Source: an uncultured Candidatus Saccharibacteria bacterium
GTDB lineage: Bacteria > Patescibacteriota > Minisyncoccia > Phycocordibacterales > UBA9973
Assembly (NCBI GenBank): GCA_964390875.1
Contig: CAYMIO010000003.1
Location: 1 to 51,814 of the forward strand
Direction of reading: 5' to 3'
DNA: 51,814 nucleotides
This document shows positions 25,812 through 34,455 of this stretch, piece by piece; within the stretch, counting starts at the first letter, position 1, and each line of letters starts with the position of its first letter. The notes under the pieces were generated by a model that had not been told where the DNA came from, did no database searches, and saw only the letters and a program-made list of their open reading frames with translations. The translations under genes and the position numbers were made by a program.

Positions 25812-26171
25812 ATGAAGCAAGTTCACAAACGTTTCCCCTTGCTTGTATTGGCAGAGTGGGCGTCCGCATCGTATTTAAATCCTGAATATAGCGATGACGG
25901 AATGAAAGATTTGATTATGTATTTGTGTGGTGTAAGCGAACCAATAAGTCCGCAAGAACTGGATTTACTCATGACGCTTCATCATCGGGCTATCACTAAC
26001 AGTATCCTTCAAAAGTATCCTGGTTTGACAGATTTTTTAGCATCTCCTCTTCATTGGCAGAGCGCGTCTCTATCCGAGAAACTTGGATGGCTTGAAGAAT
26101 TACAAAAAAAATATGGAGAAAAGGTTTCTCTTAAACCGCTGCGTATTATGGATTCTGTTGCAGCAAATTAA
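25812..26171 (+). CDS. hypothetical protein
   Basis: 119-aa ORF, A+T-rich. Upstream TTGACT-17-TATAGT promoter-like sequence and a terminator downstream. Confidence 0.5.
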   Translation: MKQVHKRFPLLVLAEWASASYLNPEYSDDGMKDLIMYLCGVSEPISPQELDLLMTLHHRAITNSILQKYPGLTDFLASPLHWQSASLSEKLGWLEELQKKYGEKVSLKPLRIMDSVAAN

Positions 26172-26187
26172 GATGTTTTTTAAAATT

Positions 26188-26218
26188 AAAAATCCCGACG
26201 AATGCCGGGATTTTTTTT
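26188..26218 (+). terminator. intrinsic terminator
   Basis: aaaaatcccg-acgaatgc-cgggatttttttt. Confidence 0.7.
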
Positions 26219-26268
26219 GTAGTTAGTTTTTCCTAAGCCTTCCAGATGTTAGACTTCTTCTACTCTCT

Positions 26269-26358
26269 ATGTCTACCCAACCCAACAACCCTCTCCACGG
26301 TCTCACCCTTGAATCCATTCTCACGGCTCTGGTGGAGCGCTATGGCTTCGCATCATGA
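26269..26358 (+). pseudogene. 29-codon N-terminal fragment resembling the VF530/DUF2132 family
   Basis: MSTQPNNPLHGLTLESILTALVERYGFAS-stop resembles the conserved N-terminus (NPLHG.TLE.IL..LV..YGW) of that family, then stops abruptly. Confidence 0.5.
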
Positions 26359-26586
26359 AGAAGGAAATTAATCTTTCGGGGAAGTTGTTCGAAGAAGGGG
26401 AATCTGAATTTCAATTATCGTGTAGCGCTTCTTCCCGAGCATCTTGCCGACTACATCATCGTGCACGAACTCTGCCATCTCGGGCGCTTCGACCATTCGA
26501 AAGAGTTCTGGAAGTTGGTGGAAAGAGCAATCCCGGATCATGCACAAAGAAGGAAGGAGCTGAAAGCATTGCAGGCGAATAAATAG
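26359..26586 (+). pseudogene. C-terminal fragment of a YgjP/DUF45-type zinc metallopeptidase
   Basis: The frame opening right after the TGA at 26356-26358 reads ...[55 protein letters not shown]... This is the WGSCS and HELCH motifs of DUF45 with no start codon and no N-terminal two thirds. Confidence 0.65.
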
Positions 26587-26599
26587 TATAGTGGTATGT

Positions 26600-27154
26600 A
26601 TGAATACTGATAAATTACCTGAATTCAAGAATAGATTCCCGCTTCTTGAAGGCGTTATTGCAAGGTTGAATGAACATAATATCGACTGGCTTATCGGAGG
26701 CAGCGGCTGCTTGTTCCTGCTTGGTAATGATCGCTTGCCCGACGATGTAGATATTTATCTTAGAGCAGACCAGCATGATTTGGCTGATGAAATCTTCGGT
26801 ATTGAATCATTTGTATATACTTCTCCTCAGGAAAATGTGCGCAATTCCAATCCCGAAGGAAGCCATTCGATGCAACTGACGAGTGGTTTGAAAATCACAG
26901 CCGATGGTGTCACATATGATCTTGGCCTTACAGAAGCTGTTTTTTCGCAAAGCATGAGATTTGAAAATCTGAAGCTTCTTCCTCCTGAAGATGTGCTCCT
27001 CATCAAAGCGCTTCTTCAAAGAGGCGAAGATGTCGGGAAGCATGATATCGAAGACATACGGAAATTTAAATCGATCTACAATCTAGATACTGAATATCTG
27101 CGTTCCCGGATTACGTATCTTGGTGCCGATGCGCGCGTTGACGGTGTTATATAA
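26600..27154 (+). CDS. minimal nucleotidyltransferase-fold protein
   Basis: WLIGGSGCLFLLGNDRLPDDVDIYL is the G[SG]-x(n)-D.D NTase signature. TATAGT at 26587-26592, 7 nt before the ATG. Confidence 0.6.
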   Translation: MNTDKLPEFKNRFPLLEGVIARLNEHNIDWLIGGSGCLFLLGNDRLPDDVDIYLRADQHDLADEIFGIESFVYTSPQENVRNSNPEGSHSMQLTSGLKITADGVTYDLGLTEAVFSQSMRFENLKLLPPEDVLLIKALLQRGEDVGKHDIEDIRKFKSIYNLDTEYLRSRITYLGADARVDGVI

Positions 27155-27158
27155 GAAT

Positions 27159-27788
27159 ATGAAACAGACCCCCAACGACATCTGGAAAAAGATCGGCCCC
27201 ACGCTTCTTCGGAAATACAAGCGCGACAAGACGTTTCTTGATTATCGAAATCCATTCGAACTTCTCATCGCAGTGATTCTTTCTGCGCAAACAACTGATG
27301 ATGGTGTGAACAAAGTGACACCTATCCTTTTCAAGAAATATCCTACGCCGAAAGCGCTTGCGGGAGCTCCGCTCGCTGATCTTGAAAAAATCCTCCATCC
27401 TGTTGGCTACTACCGCGCGAAAGCGAAATACATCAAGCGAACGGCAGAGATGGTGCAAAAAGAATTCAAAGGAAACGTACCGGCCGATGAGACAAAACTT
27501 CGCACTCTTCCGGGTGTCGGAAGAAAGACTGCTGTTGCTGTTCTTTCGAATGCATTCAAAATGAACATCGGTATTCCGGTGGACACGCATGTGATCCGCT
27601 TCGTGAAGCGTTTCGGTCTTTCGCGCGCCACCAATCCCGACAAAATAGAAAAAGAACTTCTTGAAATCATTCCCAAAAAAGACTGGCATCGCGCGGGCTA
27701 TGCTATTAAAGAATATGGAAGGAAAGAAGGCCGCGCTCAAAAGTATAAAGATGCGGAAGATCCGCTCATGATAGCGCTTAAAAAGTAG
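27159..27788 (+). CDS. nth: endonuclease III-like HhH-GPD DNA glycosylase without an Fe-S cluster loop
   Basis: LIAVILSAQTTD, HhH LPGVGRKTAVAVL (catalytic Lys) and VDTHV (Asp). The product contains no cysteine. Confidence 0.85.
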   Translation: MKQTPNDIWKKIGPTLLRKYKRDKTFLDYRNPFELLIAVILSAQTTDDGVNKVTPILFKKYPTPKALAGAPLADLEKILHPVGYYRAKAKYIKRTAEMVQKEFKGNVPADETKLRTLPGVGRKTAVAVLSNAFKMNIGIPVDTHVIRFVKRFGLSRATNPDKIEKELLEIIPKKDWHRAGYAIKEYGRKEGRAQKYKDAEDPLMIALKK

Positions 27789-27839
27789 TATGAACAAATA
27801 CGCGCACTCGGAGTATTTTTGTAGTAGAATAGAATCATT

Positions 27840-28385
27840 ATGAACAAAACAGCACTTTCAATACTTATTGTTGTCGCCGTGGCGGTAGCAGGATATTTTA
27901 TTTATAATTCAAATAACACACAGAGTGGTGAAGAAAGCCATGTTGCTGGTCACCACGAAAGCGTCGAGTCAGAGAATCACGCTGAAGAAAGTGGTAAAAA
28001 AATGGCATTCGCTCAGTTTATAAAGCAGGGCGGAAGTTATGAATGTACCGTGAATCAGTATGTGGAGAATATAGAGTCGAAAGGCCACGTCTTCATCGAT
28101 GGGGGACGCATTCGCAGTGAATACTCGGTAGATTACCAAGGCACCAGCATGGAAGGATCGGTGATTATCAAAGATGGGTTTGCATATACATGGAGCAGTA
28201 TGATGCCGATGGGGATCAAAGTGCCGGTAAAGAATGATGAAGTGAACGTAGATGCTGGAGCAAAAGGAACCTACAACTGGAACGCAGATCAGATTGGTGA
28301 TTATGAATGTAATGCATGGAAGGTTGATGAATCGAAATTCACACTTCCTGCAGGTATTAATTTCCAAGAATTGCCATCAGCGTAA
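27840..28385 (+). CDS. hypothetical membrane-anchored or secreted protein
   Basis: N-terminal hydrophobic helix, then a His/Glu-rich linker and a beta-rich domain. No family recognised. Confidence 0.6.
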   Translation: MNKTALSILIVVAVAVAGYFIYNSNNTQSGEESHVAGHHESVESENHAEESGKKMAFAQFIKQGGSYECTVNQYVENIESKGHVFIDGGRIRSEYSVDYQGTSMEGSVIIKDGFAYTWSSMMPMGIKVPVKNDEVNVDAGAKGTYNWNADQIGDYECNAWKVDESKFTLPAGINFQELPSA

Positions 28386-28404
28386 TTAATTGAACGAGTC
28401 ATCT

Positions 28405-28893
28405 ATGGATAATAAAAAGAACATGCCTCTTTGGACTGCTGTGCTGATCGTTGTTCTCTTTGTGGGAATCTCGATCTACGGCAGTGTGAAGGTCGCGCAG
28501 AACAGTGCAGTCTCGGGCGATATGCAGATTACGAATTTCGAGGAATGTGCGGCAGCAGGGAATGCGATCATGGAAAGCTACCCTGAGCAGTGCAGGACGA
28601 GCGATGGAAGGACGTTTGTGCGGCAGATAGAACAGCAGCCGATGCCTCCTTCGTACGAAGAACCGGAAACGCCGATTGTGGAGCAGCCAGGAAAACCTGT
28701 TTCGTTAGGTGGATGTTATGTCGGCGGATGCAGTGGGCAACTATGTTCGGATCAGAAAGATATGGCGTCGACCTGTGAATACACGGAAGCCTATGCGTGT
28801 TACAAAACGGCAACCTGCGAACGCCAGCCAAGTGGTGAATGTGGATGGACTCCGAGTGCGTCGCTTGTTGCATGTCTTGGGAATGCAAACTAG
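28405..28893 (+). CDS. membrane-anchored Cys-rich protein (two-Cys module plus eight-Cys module)
   Basis: TM helix LWTAVLIVVLFVGISIY, FEECAAAGN..MESYPEQC, and a C-terminal 55 aa with 8 Cys. Confidence 0.6.
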   Translation: MDNKKNMPLWTAVLIVVLFVGISIYGSVKVAQNSAVSGDMQITNFEECAAAGNAIMESYPEQCRTSDGRTFVRQIEQQPMPPSYEEPETPIVEQPGKPVSLGGCYVGGCSGQLCSDQKDMASTCEYTEAYACYKTATCERQPSGECGWTPSASLVACLGNAN

Positions 28894-28901
28894 CAATCGA
28901 G

Positions 28902-28910
28902 TGGTATAAT
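28902..28910 (+). promoter_or_regulatory. extended -10 promoter element (TGgTATAAT)
   Basis: tggtataat lies 31 nt upstream of the micro-ORF ATG. Confidence 0.5.
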
Positions 28911-28940
28911 TCTCACTAATTAAAAGGTAATAATATTTTT

Positions 28941-29003
28941 ATGGCAAAAGGAATGTCACAGAGGAAGGAGAAGAAGAAGCCGAAGAAAGAGAAGGCGAAA
29001 TAG
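28941..29003 (+). CDS. possible 20-codon Lys-rich micro-ORF (MAKGMSQRKEKKKPKKEKAK)
   Basis: ATG to TAG between a good promoter and an 18-bp terminator. Coding status is unproven. Confidence 0.25.
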   Translation: MAKGMSQRKEKKKPKKEKAK

Positions 29004-29042
29004 CACAGAAGAAAAGCCGCTTTAGCGGCTTTTCTTCTGTGC
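29003..29042 (+). terminator. perfect 18-bp hairpin terminator
   Basis: gcacagaagaaaagccgc-ttta-gcggcttttcttctgtgc. Confidence 0.8.
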
Positions 29043-29084
29043 TATACTAGAAGCCTTACTCCTTTAATTTTTCTTTATATTCCT

Positions 29085-29468
29085 ATGTCATTCGCAGCAA
29101 TTTTATTTCTTCTCGGACGCCTTATTTTTGGTGGCTACTTTATCATGAACGCGATTACTCACTTTCGTCACAACGCAATGCTTACGGGTTACGCAAAATC
29201 AAAAGGCGTACCGATGGCATCGTTTGGGGTGTTTCTAACAGGAGTACTTCTTCTTCTCGGCGGTCTTGGTGTCGTAGCAGGATTTTTCATGATCCCTGGA
29301 ATGTGGCTTCTCGTCGCTTTCCTTCTTCCTACAACTCTCTACATGCATGCATACTGGAAGATCCAGGACCAGACAGCTCGCATGAACGAACGCATCAGCT
29401 TCATGAAGAACATTGCCCTTATCGGCGCGCTTCTCATGATGATAGCGATGGCGTACATGGGATTCTAA
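29085..29468 (+). CDS. DoxX-family membrane protein
   Basis: LGRLIFGGYFIMNAITHF... with four helices matches the DoxX pattern. Confidence 0.8.
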   Translation: MSFAAILFLLGRLIFGGYFIMNAITHFRHNAMLTGYAKSKGVPMASFGVFLTGVLLLLGGLGVVAGFFMIPGMWLLVAFLLPTTLYMHAYWKIQDQTARMNERISFMKNIALIGALLMMIAMAYMGF

Positions 29469-29479
29469 TTTGAATAAAC

Positions 29480-29508
29480 AAAAAACCTCCGCTTGGCGGA
29501 GGTTTTTT
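29480..29508 (+). terminator. intrinsic terminator
   Basis: aaaaaacctccgc-ttg-gcggaggtttttt. Confidence 0.8.
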
Positions 29509-29592
29509 GTTTGCGGTGAAAAGATAAAGAAAATCTAAAGACGTTTCCACAATAGTGGTTTTCATGAGCATATCCATTGATATACTTTTTTC

Positions 29593-30345
29593 ATGAAAAC
29601 AATTGCGCCGTATGTACTTTCAGAGACTGAACTTTTAATGGAAGACGGAGACGTTTTTTCAAAGCAGTATGTTCTGAAAATTCGCGACATGCCCGAGAGC
29701 GACAAACCTCGCGAGAAGATGATTCACTCAGGTCCGGGCGCGCTTTCTGTCGCTGAACTTGTGGCTGTTATTCTCAACACTGGAACCAAAAAAGAAGATG
29801 TTATGTCTATGGCTTCGAGAATAGTTCGCGACTACGGTGAGCGCACGCTTGTGGGTCACACCAACCCGCACGTACTTGCGAAGAATCTCGATATTCCCAT
29901 CGTGAAAGCAACTCAGATTGTGGCTTGTGCGGAGCTTGGTCGGCGCTTTTTCAAAAAACAGGATTTCGGCCTTACTGTCATACGCAATGCAAAAGACGCG
30001 TTCGATTACCTTCGCGACATGCGGACTCTCCCCAAAGAACATCTTCGTGGTATTTATCTCAATACGCATCATCGCGTGATCCACGATGAGATCATTTCGA
30101 TGGGAACCGTGAATGCCAATCTTATACACGCACGTGAGGTCTTGCGCCCGGCTATCGAATACGGCGCAGCGGCTTTCATTCTCGCGCACAATCATCCTTC
30201 AGGCGTTGCTACTCCATCTGCCGCCGATGTCGAAGTGACCAAACGCATCGCTGAAGCAGGTAAGATTATCGGCATCCCACTTCTTGATCATGTCGTGATC
30301 ACAAAGAATACTTTTATTAGCATTGATATTCCGTATGAAGACTAA
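29593..30345 (+). CDS. radC: RadC-family JAB/MPN domain protein
   Basis: N-terminal HhH-like region (LSVAELVAVILNTGT) and the JAMM motif ILAHNHPSG. TATACT at 29581-29586, 6 nt before the ATG. Confidence 0.88.
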   Translation: MKTIAPYVLSETELLMEDGDVFSKQYVLKIRDMPESDKPREKMIHSGPGALSVAELVAVILNTGTKKEDVMSMASRIVRDYGERTLVGHTNPHVLAKNLDIPIVKATQIVACAELGRRFFKKQDFGLTVIRNAKDAFDYLRDMRTLPKEHLRGIYLNTHHRVIHDEIISMGTVNANLIHAREVLRPAIEYGAAAFILAHNHPSGVATPSAADVEVTKRIAEAGKIIGIPLLDHVVITKNTFISIDIPYED

Positions 30346-30604
30346 TTCTTACAAACGCTATGTTCGCCTCCACGACGAGGCTGTGCTCTGTATTGATGGG
30401 TCGGCGACTGTCTCATTTATCCGCGATCTTTCTTCGGCAAAAAAAGAAGATCTCGAGCAGCATTTCAACGACCTCTACTATCTTTTTCTGTCTCAGTATG
30501 CGGCGATAACCAAAACTCCTTCAATAACTACTGAAGATGAAGACAGATATATCCATCTTTTGAAAGAGCTTTTCAAAGTGAAGCGCGCTATTGGAGAGCA
30601 GTAG
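30335..30604 (+). CDS. hypothetical small protein
   Basis: ORF overlapping the radC stop by 11 nt. No family recognised. Confidence 0.35.
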   Translation: MKTNSYKRYVRLHDEAVLCIDGSATVSFIRDLSSAKKEDLEQHFNDLYYLFLSQYAAITKTPSITTEDEDRYIHLLKELFKVKRAIGEQ

Positions 30605-30636
30605 TTATTTAAAAAGACTGAGGTACAATATGAGGT

Positions 30637-31410
30637 ATGGATACACAAAACCCTCATGCACGGCGAAATGGTCTTGTAACTGCAGTCGTAATTCTTGCTC
30701 TTTTTGTTGCAGGACTTATCTTTTTTCTCAATAGAGATGTTGCGGAGGCGCCGGCCGAAACGTCTACTGAAAATAATGACGTCGTTTCGGCCGGCGTGAA
30801 AGACACACGCAAGACTATTGAAAGTGAAAGTGCGCTTGCTTCCGTCGATATCTCATACCCTGAAATTTCAGGCCTCACAGACCCTTCTGCCGAAGCGCGT
30901 ATCAATGCAGCGATCTATACCGAAGCGCAGTCTATCGTCGATGCTTTTCTAGGACGAGTGGATTCTCCTCTTCCTGATATGGCTGATAGCAATACTCTTT
31001 CTGGAGATTACGAAATTATTCCCATCGCGAGGGGTATGATCTCGGTTCTTGTGAGTGTGTCAGAATATGCATCTGGTATGGCGCATCCGAACCCATACAT
31101 TCTGAGTCTTGTATTTAATATACAAACAGGAGAAAAAGTCGCGCTTCCTGATCTGTTTCGTCCGGGAAGTGAGTACTTGCGTGTGCTTTCACTCGAGTCA
31201 CGACCACTCATAGAAAAACAATTGGGTGATATGTATGACGCGCAGTGGGCAGAAGAGGGTACGATACCCTTGGCTGAAAATTTCTCAATTTTTTATCCTA
31301 CCGAAGATGCACTGCACCTGATCTTCAACCCATACCAGGTGGCTCCGTATTCTATGGGGATTACTGAGATTGCTCTGCCGTACACTGTTCTTGGAAGTGT
31401 CTTGAAGTAA
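30637..31410 (+). CDS. membrane-anchored DUF4163/DUF3298 (RsiV/PdaC-like) protein
   Basis: VDISYPEISGL...INAAIY... and ...GMAHPNPY...FN...G....L.DLF...F....L.L.F.PYQVAPYS match the family pattern. TACAAT at 30624-30629, 7 nt before the ATG. Confidence 0.7.
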   Translation: MDTQNPHARRNGLVTAVVILALFVAGLIFFLNRDVAEAPAETSTENNDVVSAGVKDTRKTIESESALASVDISYPEISGLTDPSAEARINAAIYTEAQSIVDAFLGRVDSPLPDMADSNTLSGDYEIIPIARGMISVLVSVSEYASGMAHPNPYILSLVFNIQTGEKVALPDLFRPGSEYLRVLSLESRPLIEKQLGDMYDAQWAEEGTIPLAENFSIFYPTEDALHLIFNPYQVAPYSMGITEIALPYTVLGSVLK

Positions 31411-31480
31411 CGCATCGTTCCCGTATGTTTCTGTGTGGTATACTAAAGTGCCAATTATTTAGCAGTTATTTTGTAAACAT

Positions 31481-31951
31481 ATGCATATGATGAAAAAACA
31501 CGGCTGCGCAGGATGGGGACTTCTCATTCTTCGCGTGGTTCTCGGTCTTGCGTTCTTCATGCACGGTCTTGATAAAGTGCAGGGGATCGAAGGCGTTATT
31601 GGATTTTTCGGAAGTATAGGACTTCCTGCTTTCGTGGCATGGGCTGTTGCTATTGGTGAAATACTCGCGGGCGCACTTCTTGTGCTTGGTATCTTCACAC
31701 GTATTGCTGGGTACATGGTTGCCGTTATCATGTTTTTTGCGCTCATCCTCGTGAAGATGAAAATGCAAAATGGTGTAATGGCTATGGAGCTCGAGCTTAT
31801 CTTCCTTGCGGCAGGTCTTGCTATCGCTTGGGTTGGTCCTGGACGTTTTTCTCTTGGCCACCGTATTGGTATGGCTATGCGAAACAAAGACGTGTGCGAT
31901 AACTGTCACGCATGTTCAAACGGAGGATGTAATTCTCACGAAGAAAAATAA
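31481..31951 (+). CDS. DoxX-family membrane protein with a Cys/His-rich C-terminal tail
   Basis: GLLILRVVLGLAFFMHGLDK forms the DoxX core. The C-terminus is DVCDNCHACSNGGCNSHEEK. Confidence 0.75.
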   Translation: MHMMKKHGCAGWGLLILRVVLGLAFFMHGLDKVQGIEGVIGFFGSIGLPAFVAWAVAIGEILAGALLVLGIFTRIAGYMVAVIMFFALILVKMKMQNGVMAMELELIFLAAGLAIAWVGPGRFSLGHRIGMAMRNKDVCDNCHACSNGGCNSHEEK

Positions 31952-31968
31952 ACATTTCTTTTACGATC

Positions 31969-31995
31969 AAAAAAACCGCATCTGCGGTTTTTTTG
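31969..31995 (+). terminator. intrinsic terminator
   Basis: aaaaaaccgca-tc-tgcggttttttt. Confidence 0.8.
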
Positions 31996-31997
31996 AT

Positions 31998-32711
31998 ATG
32001 ATGCAGAGCATGGCAGTGGTAAAAACAAAAGAAGAGCTTGGATATATCGCACAGGCATGTCGGGTGACGGACATCCTCTTTAGAGAGATTGTTTCTGAGC
32101 TTTCAAAAGGAATGTACTCTACAGAACGTGAACTTATGCGCGCTATTCATCAGAAGATACAGAAAAGAGGACTTCGCCGCGCATTTCCTGCTATCGTCAC
32201 ATCGGGGTCTCACGCAGGTAATGATATTCATCCAAAACCCACCTCCTCGCCACTTTCAGGATTTACGATTATAGACTTTGGTGTTCGTGTGGAGGGATAC
32301 TGTTCAGATATGACGCGCACCGTGTATTTTGGAAAACCATCAGCGAAAGAAAAAATGCTGTACGAAAAAATACTCCGCGCAGAGATGTTGGGTATTTCGA
32401 AAGTGAAAGATAGGGCATCATGCGCCGCAGCTGACAGTGCTGTTCGGAGCTCTCTTGGTGTCTATCGTCAGTATTTCATCCACACGCTTGGGCATGGAGT
32501 GGGGAAGCGTATTCATGAGAAGCCGCATATTTATTTCAAAGCGGAAGGATATTTTTTTCAGAAGAATAGTGTCGTTACAATAGAGCCAGGTATTTATATA
32601 CAAGATACGCTCGGTATTCGTATTGAAGACACGCTCCGTGTGGAAAAGAATGGAGCCACAGTGCTTACGAAATCACCGAAAAAGCTTCTTGTTTTTCCTT
32701 CACGTGCGTAA
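31998..32711 (+). CDS. M24-family peptidase (Xaa-Pro peptidase-like, catalytic domain only)
   Basis: Pita-bread fold ligands: IIDFG, CSDMTRT, HTLGHGVGKRIHE, TIEPGIY and IRIEDT. The track ORF extends upstream through the terminator. Confidence 0.8.
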   Translation: MMQSMAVVKTKEELGYIAQACRVTDILFREIVSELSKGMYSTERELMRAIHQKIQKRGLRRAFPAIVTSGSHAGNDIHPKPTSSPLSGFTIIDFGVRVEGYCSDMTRTVYFGKPSAKEKMLYEKILRAEMLGISKVKDRASCAAADSAVRSSLGVYRQYFIHTLGHGVGKRIHEKPHIYFKAEGYFFQKNSVVTIEPGIYIQDTLGIRIEDTLRVEKNGATVLTKSPKKLLVFPSRA

Positions 32712-32730
32712 ATGCTATACTATGTTTGCT

Positions 32731-33420
32731 ATGGTAAAACTTTTTAAGACACGCGACGCGATCGCCTTTGGATGGGACAAAACGAATGACCATCTCAAGT
32801 TTTTTATTCCATTCGTTGCTGTGCTCATTGTGCTTGTTATTGGGCTCAATATGCTTGTCGGTTCACTGCAGGGGTCACGAGGAGCTTACACGCTGCTCAA
32901 TGTTGTTGGTACGGTTATCGATGTTATCGTAACGCTTGGGCTTATCAAACTCTCTCTTGATGTTGCAAAGGGAGGAGTTCCTTCTGTAAAAGCAGTGTTT
33001 TCACAGACTCATCACTTCTTTAGATACTTCTTTGCGTCACTTCTCTACGCACTCGTGGTGTTCGGTGGTCTTCTTTTGCTTGTTGTGCCAGGTGTTATCT
33101 GGGCTATTCGTTTTCGATACTTCGGATACGCTATTGTAGAGAAAGACATGGGTATTCTTCCTTCATTGAAAGAAAGCTATCGTTTGACAAAAGGTCACAC
33201 ATGGAATCTTTTCGTTTTTGCGCTCGCACTGTTTGCTATTAACGTGCTCGGTTTTATTCCGCTCGGTCTTGGACTTCTGGTGACTATTCCTATTTCAATG
33301 ATTGCTGTTGCGTATGTCTGGCACAAGCTTTCCACTCAAGTGAAAGGCGAAACGATAGAAGTGCAGCCTGAAGAACTTCCTATCGCAAAAGAAGAAGCGG
33401 CAACTCCGGCAACCGCCTAG
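32731..33420 (+). CDS. polytopic membrane protein (DUF975-like)
   Basis: Five or six helices. TATACT at 32716-32721 favours the ATG at 32731; the ATG at 32722 is an alternative. Confidence 0.6.
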   Translation: MVKLFKTRDAIAFGWDKTNDHLKFFIPFVAVLIVLVIGLNMLVGSLQGSRGAYTLLNVVGTVIDVIVTLGLIKLSLDVAKGGVPSVKAVFSQTHHFFRYFFASLLYALVVFGGLLLLVVPGVIWAIRFRYFGYAIVEKDMGILPSLKESYRLTKGHTWNLFVFALALFAINVLGFIPLGLGLLVTIPISMIAVAYVWHKLSTQVKGETIEVQPEELPIAKEEAATPATA

Positions 33421-33426
33421 CTGTCT

Positions 33427-34368
33427 ATGGGATCAATTTTCCTTGTCGTCATAGGTCTTACGTTGTTTGAAACGATTTCAAGCATTGACAACGCCATCAT
33501 CAACGCGGAGGTTTTGACGACGATGGGTCAGAAAGCGCGACGGTGGTTCCTTACGTGGGGAATGTTCATCGCCGTCTTTTTGGTGCGCGGTCTTCTGCCG
33601 TGGATTATTGTCTATGCATTCAATCCTGCGCTTGGTATTTTTGGCTCTCTTACTGCCACGTTCTCCAACGACCCGAGTGTCGTTGCTTCTATTGAAAAGT
33701 CCGCTCCGCTTCTTCTTGTTGCCGGTGGTATGTTCCTTATTCTTCTCTTTTTCCACTGGCTGTTTGTTGAAGAAAAACATTACGGTCTTCCACGTACTGA
33801 GAAATTCTTCATGAGGCAGGGTGTGTGGTTTTATGCGGTAGCTTCGATCATTGTACTTTTGATCTCGTGGTATTCGCTCAAGCAAGAACCGATGATGGCC
33901 TTCGCGGCACTTCTTGGTTCAACGGCATTTTTCATCACGCACGGTTTTAAATCGAATGCTGAAAAAGTGGAAAAGGAAATGCTCGATGGCTCTATCAAAC
34001 GTAGTGATCTTTCGAAACTTTTCTATCTTGAAGTGATCGATGCTATTTTCTCGATAGACTCTGTGCTTGGATCGTTTGCGTTTACGATGTCGGTGCCGCT
34101 CATTATTCTTGGTAATGGTCTTGGTGCTGTTTTGGTTCGTCAGTTTACGATGGGGAATATTAAGCGCATCAAGAAGTATGTGTATCTTAAGAATGGCGCG
34201 ATGTATTCGGTGCTCTGTCTTGGGGTGATCATGACACTACATGCGTTTCATATTGATGTTCCGGAGTATGTTTCTCCGGTGGTGACTATCATTGTGATTG
34301 GGTACTTCCTCTATAAATCTCACAAAAAGGTAAAAGCTGACGAAGCGGCAGGAATTGTTGCTGCGTAA
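33427..34368 (+). CDS. DUF475/TerC-like integral membrane protein
   Basis: N-terminal ETISSIDNAIINAEVL and a second SIDSVLGSFA repeat are typical of DUF475. Confidence 0.7.
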   Translation: MGSIFLVVIGLTLFETISSIDNAIINAEVLTTMGQKARRWFLTWGMFIAVFLVRGLLPWIIVYAFNPALGIFGSLTATFSNDPSVVASIEKSAPLLLVAGGMFLILLFFHWLFVEEKHYGLPRTEKFFMRQGVWFYAVASIIVLLISWYSLKQEPMMAFAALLGSTAFFITHGFKSNAEKVEKEMLDGSIKRSDLSKLFYLEVIDAIFSIDSVLGSFAFTMSVPLIILGNGLGAVLVRQFTMGNIKRIKKYVYLKNGAMYSVLCLGVIMTLHAFHIDVPEYVSPVVTIIVIGYFLYKSHKKVKADEAAGIVAA

Positions 34369-34455
34369 TAAGAACGAGCGCTTCGCCCCGGCCCCATTTC
34401 AAAACCTCTCAGCGCGCGTTCGGTATTTTTCAGTTGAACGTGCTTAAGCATATTC

